From contig NC_083276.1 in assembly GCF_963506605.1 (NCBI RefSeq), forward strand, positions 61,876,001 through 61,940,000: DNA of 64,000 bases. The letters run 5' to 3'. Made by a program: the position numbers and the translations under genes. This document shows positions 1 to 12,492 of this stretch, piece by piece. This DNA comes from Zootoca vivipara (lineage: Eukaryota). Numbering within the stretch: position 1 is the stretch's first letter; every line of letters begins with the position of its first letter. The notes beneath the pieces were generated by a model. The model searched no databases. It worked only from the letters and a program-made list of their open reading frames with translations, and had not been told where the DNA came from.

Positions 1-497
1 CTCTCTTCAGTCTCCTCCAGCAATCCTTGTCCCTGTTTGCAAGGCCTGTTCACGAGTTCCCAGGATCTGCACTGAGCTGTGTTGCTGTTGTTGTTTTTAA
101 AAAATACTTCCACTCTCCAATATTTCAAAAAGATCTTGTTAAAAAACAAAACAAACAAAATAGCACAAAATTGCCAAATCAGGTTAATGTAATTTTTGTG
201 TGTATTTGGACAGCCTAAACATGAAGAATCATTCATTAAAACTGGGTTAGTTAATAATTCCAACAAAGCAAGAAAGAAATCATGGTTGCAATCCTGTACC
301 AATTTAAGCTCAATGGGACTTACTTCTACACGGACATGTATAGAGGAATGTGTGCTGAAAGCATCAGAAGGGGAAGGTAGCAAGGGGGATCTGAACCTTT
401 TTCTCACATCTCCTGAAACAACTTCTCTTTTTCCCCAGTAGAAGCAGAAACCTAACGAGATGTGGTGTCATTAATGCAATTAGTATTTTCATGATTA

Positions 498-837
498 GGT
501 GGCGCTGTGGTTAAACCACTGAGCCTAGGGCTTGCTGATTAGAAGGTCGGCGGTTCGAATCCCTGTGACGGGGTGAGCTCCCGTTGCTTGGTCCCAGCTC
601 CTGCCAACCTAGCAGTTCGAAAGCACGTCAAAATGCAAGTAGATAAATAGGAACCGCTACAGCGGGAAGGTAAACGGCGTTTCCATGTGCTGCTCTGGTT
701 TGCCAGAAGCGGCTTTGTCATGCTGGCCACATGACCTGGAAGCTATACTCCGGCTCCCTCAGCCAATAATGCGAGATGAGCGCGCAACCCCAGAGTCGGT
801 CACGACTGGACCTAATGGTCAGGGGTCCCTTTACCTT
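498..837 (+). mobile_element. Sauria SINE (tRNA-derived, BovB-like tail)
   Basis: B-box GGTTCGAATCC, ccctttacct tail, 14-bp TSD tattttcatgatta (484-497 / 838-851). Confidence 0.9.
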
Positions 838-2028
838 TATTTTCATGATTATTATTTTTTTAAGTAGTTAGGTCCATGGGTCTCAAACCAAGTTTGCAAG
901 CGGGGGGAAAGTGTTAAAACCCTGACCAAGTTCCTAATTTTGGCCCTGCTTTCTGTGCCTTGTTGGCATCCGTCTGTCTCATTTAATATCACATCTCATT
1001 TGACACTAAAGTTACTACAGAGCATGTAGCTGTAATTGCAAGGAGGGGGTGAAACCAAAGGAAGAAATTTGCATATGTCACAAAATTTGATTCCTAATTA
1101 AATCATCTTATTTAATCTGGATATGTACCATGCCCCACCTCAACAACTCCCACTAGATTACCATGTATTTCAGTCATAACATTCAAAATCTGCATCCCAC
1201 AAACCCACGGAGACATTTTGGTTTGTGAAAATGCCATAATCCGTATCCTGCAATCATCCCAACTGCTGCAACAGGAAAGCACTGCAGGAAAACTGAAAGA
1301 GGCACTCCTGTCTGCACCATAATTCATCTAACACCATCTAAGAAACAGCCTCCGTGGCTTCAAAGTTTGTTCTATGCAAAGGGAGAAGTAATCTGCACTC
1401 TGACTGAACGCACATCAAAATCCCCAGGAACCTCTAGTATGTATGAAGATTTGGGGTGCTTCAAAGGAACTTGTTGCACTTTTGAGGATTTGTGATTTCT
1501 TACTACTAGGCATTGAGCATGGATGACCTAAGGGTTGAAATGTCTTTCGTATTTCAAGGGACCCCCCCCCCCCCGGTTTATGCTGAAGCAATTAGCAATG
1601 TGAATATTATATTAACATTTGGTTGAACACAGGCATATGTATATATACACCGTAAATGGTGCTGGGCTGTTTGTGCTGTAAGGATTTTTATGGTTTTAAT
1701 ATATTTTATAAATGTATACAGTTTTACTTCTAACAAATTTTAATTGTTCTTAATGATGGCTTTTTCTATGTTTTTAGCAGTTTTTATTTTTATAAGTAAG
1801 CCACCTTGAATCCCATCAGGGAAAAAGGCGGGTTATAAATAAATATATTGTTATAAATAAAGATATTACAATAATAGCAATAATAATAATATATTTACAC
1901 AGTAGTTTTCTGGTTGTCTGCCTACATTTTACACCATGAGCAGCCCATGAACCATCAGCCTAGCTCATATAACTGACTAGCATTTCCCTTTTTTAAAACA
2001 GACATATGAAACATCAATATGTTTAAAG

Positions 2029-3674
2029 TTACCAACTGAGACATCTTATGAGTTGGTTGGAGGGAGAACAGAGGGAAGATTTGGGGGGTACAGAGTGGGA
2101 GAACTTGGAAGTAGTAGTAGGGAAAATAAGATTATTCGATAGGAGGAAAAGGAAAAAGGAAGTAGACAAAATATCAACAATTACAGGGTCCATTCGGGTA
2201 TGGGAGAAGTGGAGAAGTAAGCTTTTTCCTGACCTTTCTCCCCTTACCAAAATGTGGTACTATAATAAAATGTCCCCCGTTACAGAAGCTCATACCGAAA
2301 GAGGTAGGGGATAAATTGAAGGAGATTTCAATTCAGGATATGGAGAAAAGTTGGGAAACAGAGGGTATTATGGAAGAAGAAAGTGGAATTTGGAATAAAA
2401 TTAATTGATTACAGAGAAAACAAATTTCCTCCCTGTTGAAGGAAGAAGTAGTTAAAAAATGTAGTAAGAGAATCATTACACCCTTTGAAGAATTAGTGAA
2501 AGGATATAGGATAGATAAGGCCAAAATAGTTTCAAAATTGTATAAGGTATTATTAAATATGGGGAAAACACCAAAAGAAAGTTTGAAAGAATACTGGAAG
2601 TTAGATATACAGGAACAGATTTCGGATGAAGATTGGGAAAGAATCTTTCAGCAACCACCCTTTGTTGCGACCTCTAGAATAATCCAGGGGGCTTCAACAG
2701 GGGTTGAAGCTGGTACAAAAATGGTATTACACACCAGTAAGGTTGTATCACATTACAAAAGCCGGAAGTAAGAATTGCTGGAGGAAATGTGGAGTGATGG
2801 GAACGTACAGTCATATGTGGTGGGACAGTCTGTTAGCTAATAAGTTTTGGGAACAGATTGGTATAGAAATATTGAAAATTGTGGGTAGAAGGGTGGATAT
2901 ATCTAAATTAATGGTTCTTATTAGCCTTGGTAGCACTGGGTTAAAAACAAAAGAGGAACGTAAATGGGTAAAATTGATGGTAATTGCAGCTAGACAGGCT
3001 ATAGCGAGTACAGTGGTGCCTCGACTTATTAATTTAATCCGTTCCGAATGCACCTTCGTAAGTCGAAAAATTCGTAAGTTGAAAAACGCCATTGGAAACA
3101 CAATATCCCTTAGGAATGCATTGAAAACAGAAAAAATCGTAAGTCAAAGCAACCCTATCTAAAAATTCGTAAGTAAAAAAATCCCTATCTAAAACCACCG
3201 CGGGTTTTTCCCGGATGTCGAGACATTCATTAAGTGCGCGGCTTTTACCCCCATTCGTAAGTTGAAAAATTCGGTTGTCGAGTCGTTCGTAAGTCGAGGT
3301 ACCACTAACTGGAAAAATGCAGAAGAGCTAGAGGTGAACAAATGGGAGGGGAAAATTGAATAATATTAGAACATTAGAATACCTAACTGTGAAGATGTGT
3401 AAAATGAAAGGGCGGAAGGTCAATGAGAAAGAGGAGGATTGGTTTGAAAATATATTGAATTATTTGGGGAGGTTTGAACAATTTGCAGTAATTAAAATGT
3501 TAAAAGTGAAATAAACCTTGTGGAGTGTGGCGCTTAATATATATATAGAATTGTACACGTGTTGATTTAAATATGTTTTATTGTTTATGTACATCCAATG
3601 TATTGGATGCCTGGGGGGTTTCACTGTCTGTGTTTGGTGTTGGTGATTTAAATAAAAAATTTTTTTAAAAAAAA
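2029..3674 (+). mobile_element. 5'-truncated, decayed L1/Tx1-clade LINE interrupted by a Tc1/mariner MITE
   Basis: ORF2 C-terminal motifs WYYTPVRL..CWRKCG..GTYSHMWW (zinc knuckle) and AARQAIAS|NWKN across the insertion; AATAAA and A-rich tail near 3651-3674. Confidence 0.85.
3011..3305. mobile_element. Tc1/mariner (Tigger-like) MITE
   Basis: TIRs cagtggtgcctcgactta / taagtcgaggtaccac, TA target duplication, internal ttcgtaagt repeats. Confidence 0.88.
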
Positions 3675-4514
3675 CCCCAATACTGTATGTTTAAAGAAAT
3701 CTCTGGAGTAACAACTGTCTTCAACTCACTCTTGTTGGGAAAGTATATTGTTAGAATCCTTGCCAATTTCACAGTTAGATTTAAATGGGCACTGAGAATC
3801 ACAAGTTCTACTGATGGGAACATGCAGCACACTTAAATGGAAGGAGGGGTTTTTATGTCCCAATTGCAACTGTATTAATAATTAAACAGTGTGTATTCAT
3901 GCACTTGTTTCTTTTACACTAATGTCTACTTGCCAACAGGTCTAAAATATTGGCTGGGATATCAGCTCCTTAGGACAAGTGCTGAAAAACAGAACACTCC
4001 TCAAGCCAAGTTTGGAGTGTCAAGCAAACAGGTGTGCTAGGTTATCTGTAACATTTGTATGAAGACTTGAGATCATTTGGAGAGAGAGAGAAAAAAAAGG
4101 TGCCAAAACAAAGTGGAAAATCTCTCTTTCCATTGATTATGCATGGAAAAACCTTGAAATTAAGCCAGATCATTAGGGAAGGGAAACAACACGGGCATTA
4201 TACATTCAAGGTTTGGGGCTGATGCCAATGTTCCTGAGAAAATTCAGTGGCATATGCAGCTTTTCTTCCCATACTAAGTTTGAAACTTGGGGCCCAGTTC
4301 TTGAATATACACACACAGTCCTATGAAGACTTGGGCCACGACCTTCAAGTGAAACAAAAAGGGGGGGCAGGCCATGGGCCAATGACTATTCAGTGCCCAC
4401 AGTTATGCAAGCCCAAATGAAAGTTAGCCATGCACAAGAAGGTTTGCAGAAGTACAAAAAAAAACTTTAGGGCAGAATCCTAAACAGGATAAAATACCCA
4501 CCCATCCACTAGCT

Positions 4515-5157
4515 CAGTGGTTCCCAACAGGTGGTCCGGGGACCCCCAGGGGTCTGCGAGCTATGCCAGAGGGGTCCGTAAGATGCTATTAGAATAAAAA
4601 ATATATTAAATATATTTCGTATGATAACAGATATTTTGTTTTGGCCGCTTCCTGCATGAGCAGAGTCTAGCACAAAACTAGAATTAGATAGAGGCAGTAG
4701 TTCTGCTGTATGCCGTTAGGTGGCACTTTACAAACACTACTGTTTTGCAAAGAGGCAGCGCGCATTCTACTAACACTCACCTCCCCAAGATGCTTTGCGC
4801 GCGTCAGCTTCATTTGTGCGCTACTGCGCAGGTACCCTGTCTTCTCCATTCCCCTCCCTCCTCCCTGGTGCGCGCTGCCTCTTTGCAAAACAGTAGTGTT
4901 TGTAAACAAAGCGTTGTTTTTCGCGGAAGCTACAGTTCGCGTAGTTAAAAATGGACCGTTGGTTAAAAAATGGTTCGTTAAAACGACAAAGGCCTACAGA
5001 TGAAGAGGAAGAACTGTAAAAAGCGTATAAATATAAAATATAAAAAGACTCTTAATTTGGCTCTCACTTTAATTTTAGGATTAGGAATTAATGGGGGTCC
5101 TTGTCACAATAGTGGCTCGATGAGGGGTCCTCGAGAAAATTTTGTTGGGAACCCCTG
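4515..5157 (+). mobile_element. Internally deleted hAT (Charlie/Buster-like) transposon
   Basis: TIRs cagtggttcccaac / gttgggaacccctg, TSD cactagct / cactacct; putative transposase N-terminal stub MDRWLKNGSLKRQRPTDEEEEL* at 4951-5019. Confidence 0.85.
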
Positions 5158-5715
5158 CACTACCTCAATAAGTTCTGAGTGTCCTCAGTGGACAGAGAAC
5201 ATCCATGGGGATGGCAGAAAACCATGTCATAGGTGGAATGGAAAGAAGGGAACAAAAAGTGGGGTGGAAGAAGACACACATAGCTATAAAGAGGGTAGAG
5301 AAAAACATAAAATAGCCAGGACAGGTCACTTCTTGGTTCATATCGAAGAACTATTTTCAACCGTCCCCAGCGACAGAAATGAGAGATGTTCAATGAATTA
5401 ATTAATGGAAATATAGTATCCACAATTTAAAAAATAAAACAATATGCATAAAACACTGAACAGGAGCATCCCACAGTGCCCCTTTTTGTTGCAGGTTCCA
5501 CTTGCTTAGTAATAGTAGAAAAATATATACTACTAGGCAGTTTTACATTTTAAAACTAGCATTCTTTCCAAACACCAAAGTTTGAACCTAAGAAATGTGC
5601 AATACAGTAAGTGGGGGACTGTCCTGGTATTATATTTCTGTGCAAATATTTCAGTGCTTCCTAGAACATCTGAGCCTAGAAACCTGGTTTACTGATCCCT
5701 CAAAAGCCAGTAACA

Positions 5716-6246
5716 CTGTATTCTGCTCTGGTCAGACCTCACCTGGAGTACTGTGTCCAGTTCTGGGCACCACAGTTCAAGAAGGATACTGACAAGCTGG
5801 AACGTGTCCAGAAGAGGGCAACCAAAATGGTCAAAGGCCTGGAAACGATGCCTTATGAGGAACAGCTTAGGGAGCTGGGTATGTTTAGCCTGGAGAAGAG
5901 AAGGTTAAGGGGTGATATGATAGCCATGTTCAAATATATGAAAGGATGTCATATGGAGGAGGGAGAAAGGTTGTTTCCTGCTGCTCCAGAGAAGCGGACA
6001 CGGAACAAGGGATTCAAACTACAAAAAAGAAGATTCCACCTAAACATTAGGAAGAACTTCCTGACAGTAAGAGCTGCTCAACAGTGGAATTTGCTGCCAA
6101 GGAGTGTGGTGGAGTCTCCTTCTTTAGAGGTCTTTAAGCAGAGGCTTGACAGCCATATGTCAAGCCATATTTGATGGTGTTTCCTGCTTGGCAGGGGGTT
6201 GGACTGGATGGCCCTTGTGGTCTCTTCCAACTCTATGATTCTATGA
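5716..6246 (+). mobile_element. CR1 LINE 3' end
   Basis: ORF2 C-terminus ([28 protein letters not shown]...) and ATTCTATG terminal repeat. Confidence 0.93.
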
Positions 6247-6813
6247 AAACCATGGTTTACGGCTGGCTAATGAGACCAGCTTGTTATGAAGCACAAAGCC
6301 AGGATTCCTGAATTCAGATGACACAAGCAGCCAAGCTTAACTGTGGTGTCATGGTTTATCCCAGAGGAAAATGAAGCAGGAACAATTGGGCAGCATGCAG
6401 TAGCATAATGGTAAGCCAGCAACACACAAGAAATGTGAGCATGTTCAGTGTATTGCATTGTATCACCCTATGACAGGAAGTCATCTATTGTCTGAATAAG
6501 TCTTAAATAAACAGTAACTATGGTATCTATCAATGAATATGTGTATGCTAGATGGGCTGTTAACAGGCATGGGCATACTATCACCACACCCTTGAATGCT
6601 TTTTGGAGCTCCACTAGTGTATGGTTGGATCAAAGACCGAGTCCTTTAGAGAGTCGTCAAGTACAAAAAAGTGAAGAAAGGCAAAAGCAACTCATCTTTT
6701 GTACCCTAGAACTGGTATTGTATCAATAGAATCCTATAGGGACTTGTAACCTAGGAGCCAACCCATACTGGAGGTGGAGCAATGAAATAACTCTCAGTTA
6801 TGAAGATGAACAT

Positions 6814-7163
6814 GGGACGTGGGTGGCGCTATGGTCTAAACCACAGAGACTAGGGCTTGCTGATCAGAAGGTCGGCGGTGCGAATCCACGTGATGGGGCG
6901 AGCTCCCGTTGCTCGGTCCCAGCTCCTGCCAACCTAGCAGTTCGAAAGCACATCAAAGAGCAAGTAGATAAATAGGTACTGCTCCAGTGGGAAGGTAAAC
7001 GGCTTTCCGTACGCTGCTCTGGTTCGCCAGAAGTGGCTCTGTCATGCTGGCCACATGACCTGGAAGCTGTATGCCGGCTCCCTCAGCCAGTAAAGTGAGA
7101 TGAGCGCCGCAACCCCAGAGTCGTCCGTGACTAGACCTAACAGTCAGGGGTCCCTTTACCTTC
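6814..7163 (+). mobile_element. Sauria SINE
   Basis: Same consensus; 13-bp TSD atgaagatgaaca. Confidence 0.9.
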
Positions 7164-7533
7164 ATGAAGATGAACACAATTCTCTGAGTTATGTGTTGCT
7201 AACCTAGGACCCTCCAGCTGTTGCTGAACTACAATTCTCATTATCCCCAGCCATAAAGTCATGACGGCTCAGGGCTGACTAGAGTTGGAGAGCTGTAGCT
7301 TCTCCACCCGTCATAAGTAAATAACCTTCTTCACAGAGAGAAACTCTGAAGCCACTGAGAATGTGTTCATTCCCTAAAGAAAAACTATATATTACCATGC
7401 CTAACAGTATATTCCCTATGCATGTCTACTCATAAGCAAGCCCCACTAAATTTAATGGAGTTTACTCCTCAGTAAGTATGACTAGGAATGCAACTTAAAC
7501 TCACAGCATTTTCTAACACACACAAACACACTA

Positions 7534-7685
7534 AAATAAATAAAATAAACCTTCTGAAGAAGTGTGCATGCACATGAAAGCTCATAGCAATGACAAACTT
7601 AGTTGGTCTCTAAGGTGCTGCTGGAAGGAATTTTTTTATTTTATTTCGACTACGTCAGACCAACACGGCTACCTACCTGTAACTA
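7534..7685 (+). mobile_element. Penelope-like element terminal fragment with hammerhead core
   Basis: ctgaagaagtgtgcatgcacatgaaagctca...ttagttggtctctaaggtgc; matches the reverse complement of 38979-39122. Confidence 0.75.
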
Positions 7686-8489
7686 AAATAAATAAAGTCA
7701 CCATCTTCACTCTGTTAAGTAACTCCTCCACAGGGGGTTTTCAACAGCTACACTCCATTTTCAAATGCCTAGTTTAGAAACACTAAGTATTTTAGATTTC
7801 CTTCAGTTTTCATCCAGTTTATTTTGGACCTCTTGTTGGCCACACCCAATATTTAGAAAGCAATATGAGCCTTAAAAGTTGAAGTAAGCCTAACATTTCG
7901 AAAGCTAATATTTAAAAAGTGCAATAAAACCAAAGCAAAATTGGACTATAAATATAGCCTTAGCTGTAACTAAGCCAACAAGAATAGCATGTTCAAAACT
8001 GTCTAATTCTACATAAAAATAGTTTCAAGTATTACTGCACATTTTATACCAAAGTATTTTTTAAAACTTACTTAACAGTTTCTAACAAGGACAAAATGTT
8101 GTTCTTGCAGCAACAATTGAAAAATAATTACATAGTTGGGTGCAAGCTTGAAAACATGCAACCACATGCCAAGAAGTAAATAGATCCCATTGAAGCACTT
8201 GATAGGCCTCAAGAGACTAGAATATAATCTTAATGTACCTCAAATTAACAATTTTACAGATGGTTTTGAGGTGGAAAACAAGAATAAATACAAAAACTGC
8301 CTAGTATTTCTTAAAGCTGGAGAATAATTATGGTTGATTTAAGTTGCTCCTAAACTGGAGGAATATGATCTTATATCAATGAAGATAGGACTTTATTCTT
8401 TGAGGGATTCAAACTGTTAAGTAAAGCTATCCAATTTGGCTTCAGTTGACCTTCCTTTCTTCCTAGGACACTACCTAGAATGGTGTGGT

Positions 8490-8615
8490 GACATTCTGTA
8501 CCCTTTGAAGCTTCTGGACCATTTTCAAGGCAGTACATATCCAATGCATTCCAGTAATTCAATCTGGAGGTTATCAGGACATGAATGACAATACCATGGA
8601 TAACTTCCACTAGTC
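8490..8615 (-). mobile_element. L2 LINE fragment (continues about 9798-9990 beyond the hAT insert)
   Basis: VIHVLITSRLNYWNAL resembles the L2 LVHALVTSRLDYCNAL motif. Confidence 0.6.
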
Positions 8616-9789
8616 CACGGGTGTCAAACACAAGGCCCGGGGGCCAAATCCGGCCCGCCAGACCTCGTCATGTGGCCCGCCGAGCGCCCCAGCCAGCGGG
8701 ACCCAGCAGTGGGACCTTGCTGCTGAAGCGCCCTGCCAACAAAGCGCCGACAAACAGCTGGGGCCGGGGAAATGCTTTTTGCCCCTGGGTCCCTTCGTGC
8801 TCTTTTCTGGCGCTGAATCAAGGCGGCGACCCCCCCTTCCCTTTCTTTCTTTCTTTCTTTCTTTCTTCCTCTCTCTCGTTCTTATTCTTTCTTTCCCTCT
8901 CCTTCCTTCCTTCTTTATCTCTGTCTTCTCTCCCTCTTTCTTTTTCTTTCCTTCTTTATTCTTTCTTTCCTCCTCTTCTTTCTCTCACCTCTTTCCTTCC
9001 TCTCTCCCTCCTGCTCCCTCTTTTCTTTCTTTCTTTCTTCCTTACTTCCTTCCTTTCTTCCTTCCGCCCTTCTCAACTTTCTTCCTCTCCCTCATTCTTA
9101 TTCTTTCTTTCCCTCTACTTCCTTCCTTCTTTCTCCCTTTCAGTCTTCTCTCCCTCTTTCTTTTTCTTTCCTTCTTTATTCTCTTCCTTATTTCCTACTC
9201 TTCTTTCTCTCCCCTCTTTCCTTCCTTCCTTCCTCTCTCCCTCCCACTCCCTCTTTTCTTCCTTCCTTCCTTCCTTCCTCCCCTCCCCTCCCCTCCCCTC
9301 CCTCTCCCTCTCCTCAGAAACATAGGATGCTGCTTTATACTTCTGGCCCTTAAACCCTGGAACCAGGAGAGCAGCTCCACTGAGTCAACCTCAGCCAGTC
9401 CCTTTGGTGAAGGGTGGTGGCTCACTGGCAGAACATCTGTCCTGCATGCAGAAGGACCCCAGCATCTCCAAGTACTAGTAGCTCTGCAAAGGTCCTGCAT
9501 GAAACCCTAGCGAGCCTCCACCACCCAGTGCAGTTACCAAAAATCATTTTTCAATAAATTGTACAATAATTGTACATTTGAATATCTACTTGCCATTATT
9601 CTGACTATGTTTCTGCTTTCAGAGCTAGTTATTACTTACATTATTACAAAAAAACAGTAATAATTGAATGCAGTGACAATAATTTATGATAATAAAGAGT
9701 GGACACATAGTCCTATAGATACAACCGGCCCTTTGAGGGTGACCAAACTGCTGATGCGGCCCCCGATGAATTTGAGTTTGACACCCCTG
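8616..9789. mobile_element. Non-autonomous hAT transposon containing a CT-rich tract and a SINE fragment
   Basis: TIRs cacgggtgtcaaac / gtttgacacccctg; perfect 8-bp TSD cactagtc. Confidence 0.88.
8830..9313. repeat. Polypyrimidine (CT-rich) low-complexity tract
   Basis: About 480 bp almost purely C/T, with a duplicated segment of about 85 bp (near 8879-8962 and 9096-9182). Confidence 0.95.
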
Positions 9790-10840
9790 CACTAGTCGGT
9801 GCTGCTGGTGATGCAGCAGAGCCGATAGAAGACACTCCAGGTTGCAGCTGTGGGGCCAAGAGGACCCAGAGACTACAAATCTACTATAGTGGGCAGGGAA
9901 ATATATGAGATCCCAGCCAACACGGCATTTCAGCAACTAGCTGATCCACAAAGTCCCCCATTAGCATTAACTCAACAGGGTCTAAAGGTAGCATCTTCAT
10001 GAGCACATGATCACTTCCCCAAACCATGACCCTCAAAATGGCATTGACATTCCTGCTGATAAAAGTCAGTTAGTCTCTTGTGACTAGCTGTTACGAGCCA
10101 GGAGGGGCAAAGATTGAGTGGAATGTATCATGTGAATCCTATGATAAAAACAAATGTGTTCACCCAAGCACCTGCAGCAAGTAGAAAACAAGCAGTTTCT
10201 TTTGTACAAAAAGTGGTACCTGAAATACTGAAACAGTTTTATCCAGCTATAGCTGCATGTAAGTTGAGGGAAAGCTCCCATTTCATCCAGTGCCAAAGAA
10301 AGACAAACAGCCTGGTTTGTGGAAAAGTGCATACTTGCCTTTGGTTAAATCAGTCTGCAGCTTCCCTGTGGAAAAGACTGCCAATAATTGGCTTCTTTCA
10401 CCTCTGTTAACCATGAACAAAAGTGCCATTCGGTTTCAAAATGGACAAAATGCACCAATGGGTAGTCAGCTAGCTGAGCCAATGGGGTGGAATAACAATA
10501 ACCTGCAGCATTTTCTTTTTCCCTTTGTTGGAACTTTCAAAGCCCTTAATTAAGACCTACACAAAGCACCCCCCACTGGCATCTTTCAATGAGGCATTAC
10601 ATGCCTGTTTTCTTGTATTTAAAAGGGGGAAAGAAGCCTACATTTTTGAAACTGGCACACACTATTTTTGTGTACGTATTTGCAACTGGAATACTGTTAC
10701 ATTTTAGCTCTTGAAAAATCATCATCAGAGTGAGTGTAGAGCTATTCCAAGTACACTGCATCTTATATTAAGTGCAGTGCTGAGAAGAAAAATGGCACAC
10801 GGTCACAGGAAGCGGAAAATAATAAGAATGCCTGCACACA

Positions 10841-10843
<3 letters not shown>

Positions 10844-10920
<77 letters not shown>
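10844..10920. repeat. (GA)n microsatellite
   Basis: Read directly from the sequence. Confidence 0.98.
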
Positions 10921-10923
<3 letters not shown>

Positions 10924-12168
10924 CTTGTTATGGTCTCCTGAGGAGAAACCTTATTTGGCACACAAACACACACATTAGTGGTGCAGACACTAAGGAATGT
11001 TTATAACATAAAATATGACAAACTCTAGCTGAAAAGTGCAAAATGCCAGGTCTTAAAAGATTGCTAACAGTAATATGTCTGGAGTTTTAGTGCATGAATA
11101 GATAGCCTTTTACTAAGAGGAGGGTAAGGTTTCAAAATTTGTTTTAAGCATATTGCTGGGATTCCACGTGCTGCTTTAAAGGGGGACTTCTGCCATCTCA
11201 ACATTTTTGTTTTCTTTGAATTCCGATGACATATCACAAACTGGCTCTTGAAACCCCCTGTTTCAATATTGGTTTGCCATGACAATGGGGGAGCGAGTAG
11301 TTGAACACAAACCAAGTTAATGCAATTTCAGGCTCATGGAATTAGGTTCCCTGTCCTTCCAATTCCTAACCTATGCTTATACAGTTTGTTGTTTCAATGG
11401 CAGGTAAACTGTATGTTCAGTGGTTACAAAGGCAACACTGAATATCACAAATAAATGCATGTGCAACATTAAAAGAAGAGGACCGTTATCATGACGCACA
11501 AGAGAAAAATAACCCAAACATGCAGATAACAGAAGCACTGAAATGATGTATCCCTATCAAATGTTCAATTAACCACAAAGACCATTCTATGTTTTTACAG
11601 TGAGAGTGCATGAATATTTGCCTATTTCCTTACTGCCACCACATCTGAACAAACTCCATCAGATTCCTATGCTTCATGCCTAGAAAGGGCATCTCATACA
11701 ACCCACAGGGACATGACGGTTGCTGTATAGGAGTTAAGATTTCCTTCAATTATACTTATTTTCACAAGATGGAGGACCATATTCCTTGGACTTTACACTA
11801 TCACTGTGATATGATGATGCAACACTTCAACATTTTAAATGTGGTCCTAAGGCCAAGAAACACTGTTACAGCCAAAGCAAGCTCATGACAAACTTAAGAA
11901 CCTTAACCCAAGTCTCTTAGATTAGAACATAGTCCATAACTCTTCTCCAATAAAGGACATGGAATCTGATCAGAAGAGTATTATTACACTCACATTAATA
12001 TTTATTTATTCATCTGATTGAGAATATAAGGGTCCAGCAGCTTATTTCCAACAGTGCCCCAACAATATGCCTCTCCACAAGCTGGGCATGAGTGCCACCA
12101 ACCATCTTCCACTATTTTCTACTCCCCACTGCTGGAAACTGAAAATCTGAAGTTCACTGCCTCTTAAT

Positions 12169-12492
12169 CAGGGCCGTCTCTAGGCCCGGGTCCGGTGGCG
12201 TGGGCCAGGCCACCAGGGACGCCGCTGTGCCCACTGAGAGGCACGGCAGAGGCCGCCCCAAGCACACCTCTCAGCTGTTCAGCAGCTTCAGGCCGCTCTC
12301 CGGAGGCGCGCGGGCCTGGGGCCGCCTCCGCTGCGCGCAGGGGCGTCGCAACGGGGGGCGGGCAGCACCCCCTGGCCCAGGGCCGGCCCTACGGCCAGGC
12401 TAGGTTGCGCAGGGCTCCGGCCTGGGAAACAGGGCGGGGGCACCGGAGGGATCCGTCGCACCACGGTGCCAGGTATGCTTAAGACGGCCCTG
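12169..12492. mobile_element. GC-rich non-autonomous hAT element
   Basis: TIRs cagggccgtct / agacggccctg; perfect 8-bp TSD ctcttaat. Confidence 0.9.

Noticed and set aside
3055-3300. Regularly recurring ttcgtaagt motifs resembling a CRISPR-like array (also 34600-34770 and 54950-55215)
   Set aside because: Short subterminal repeats inside TA-flanked mariner MITEs in a vertebrate genome; no constant repeat-spacer period and no cas genes.
8585-9510. 246-aa and 243-aa F/L/S/P-rich ORFs
   Set aside because: Artefact of the stop-free CT-rich tract inside a hAT element.
10711-10941. ORF with (ER)n
   Set aside because: (GA)n microsatellite.
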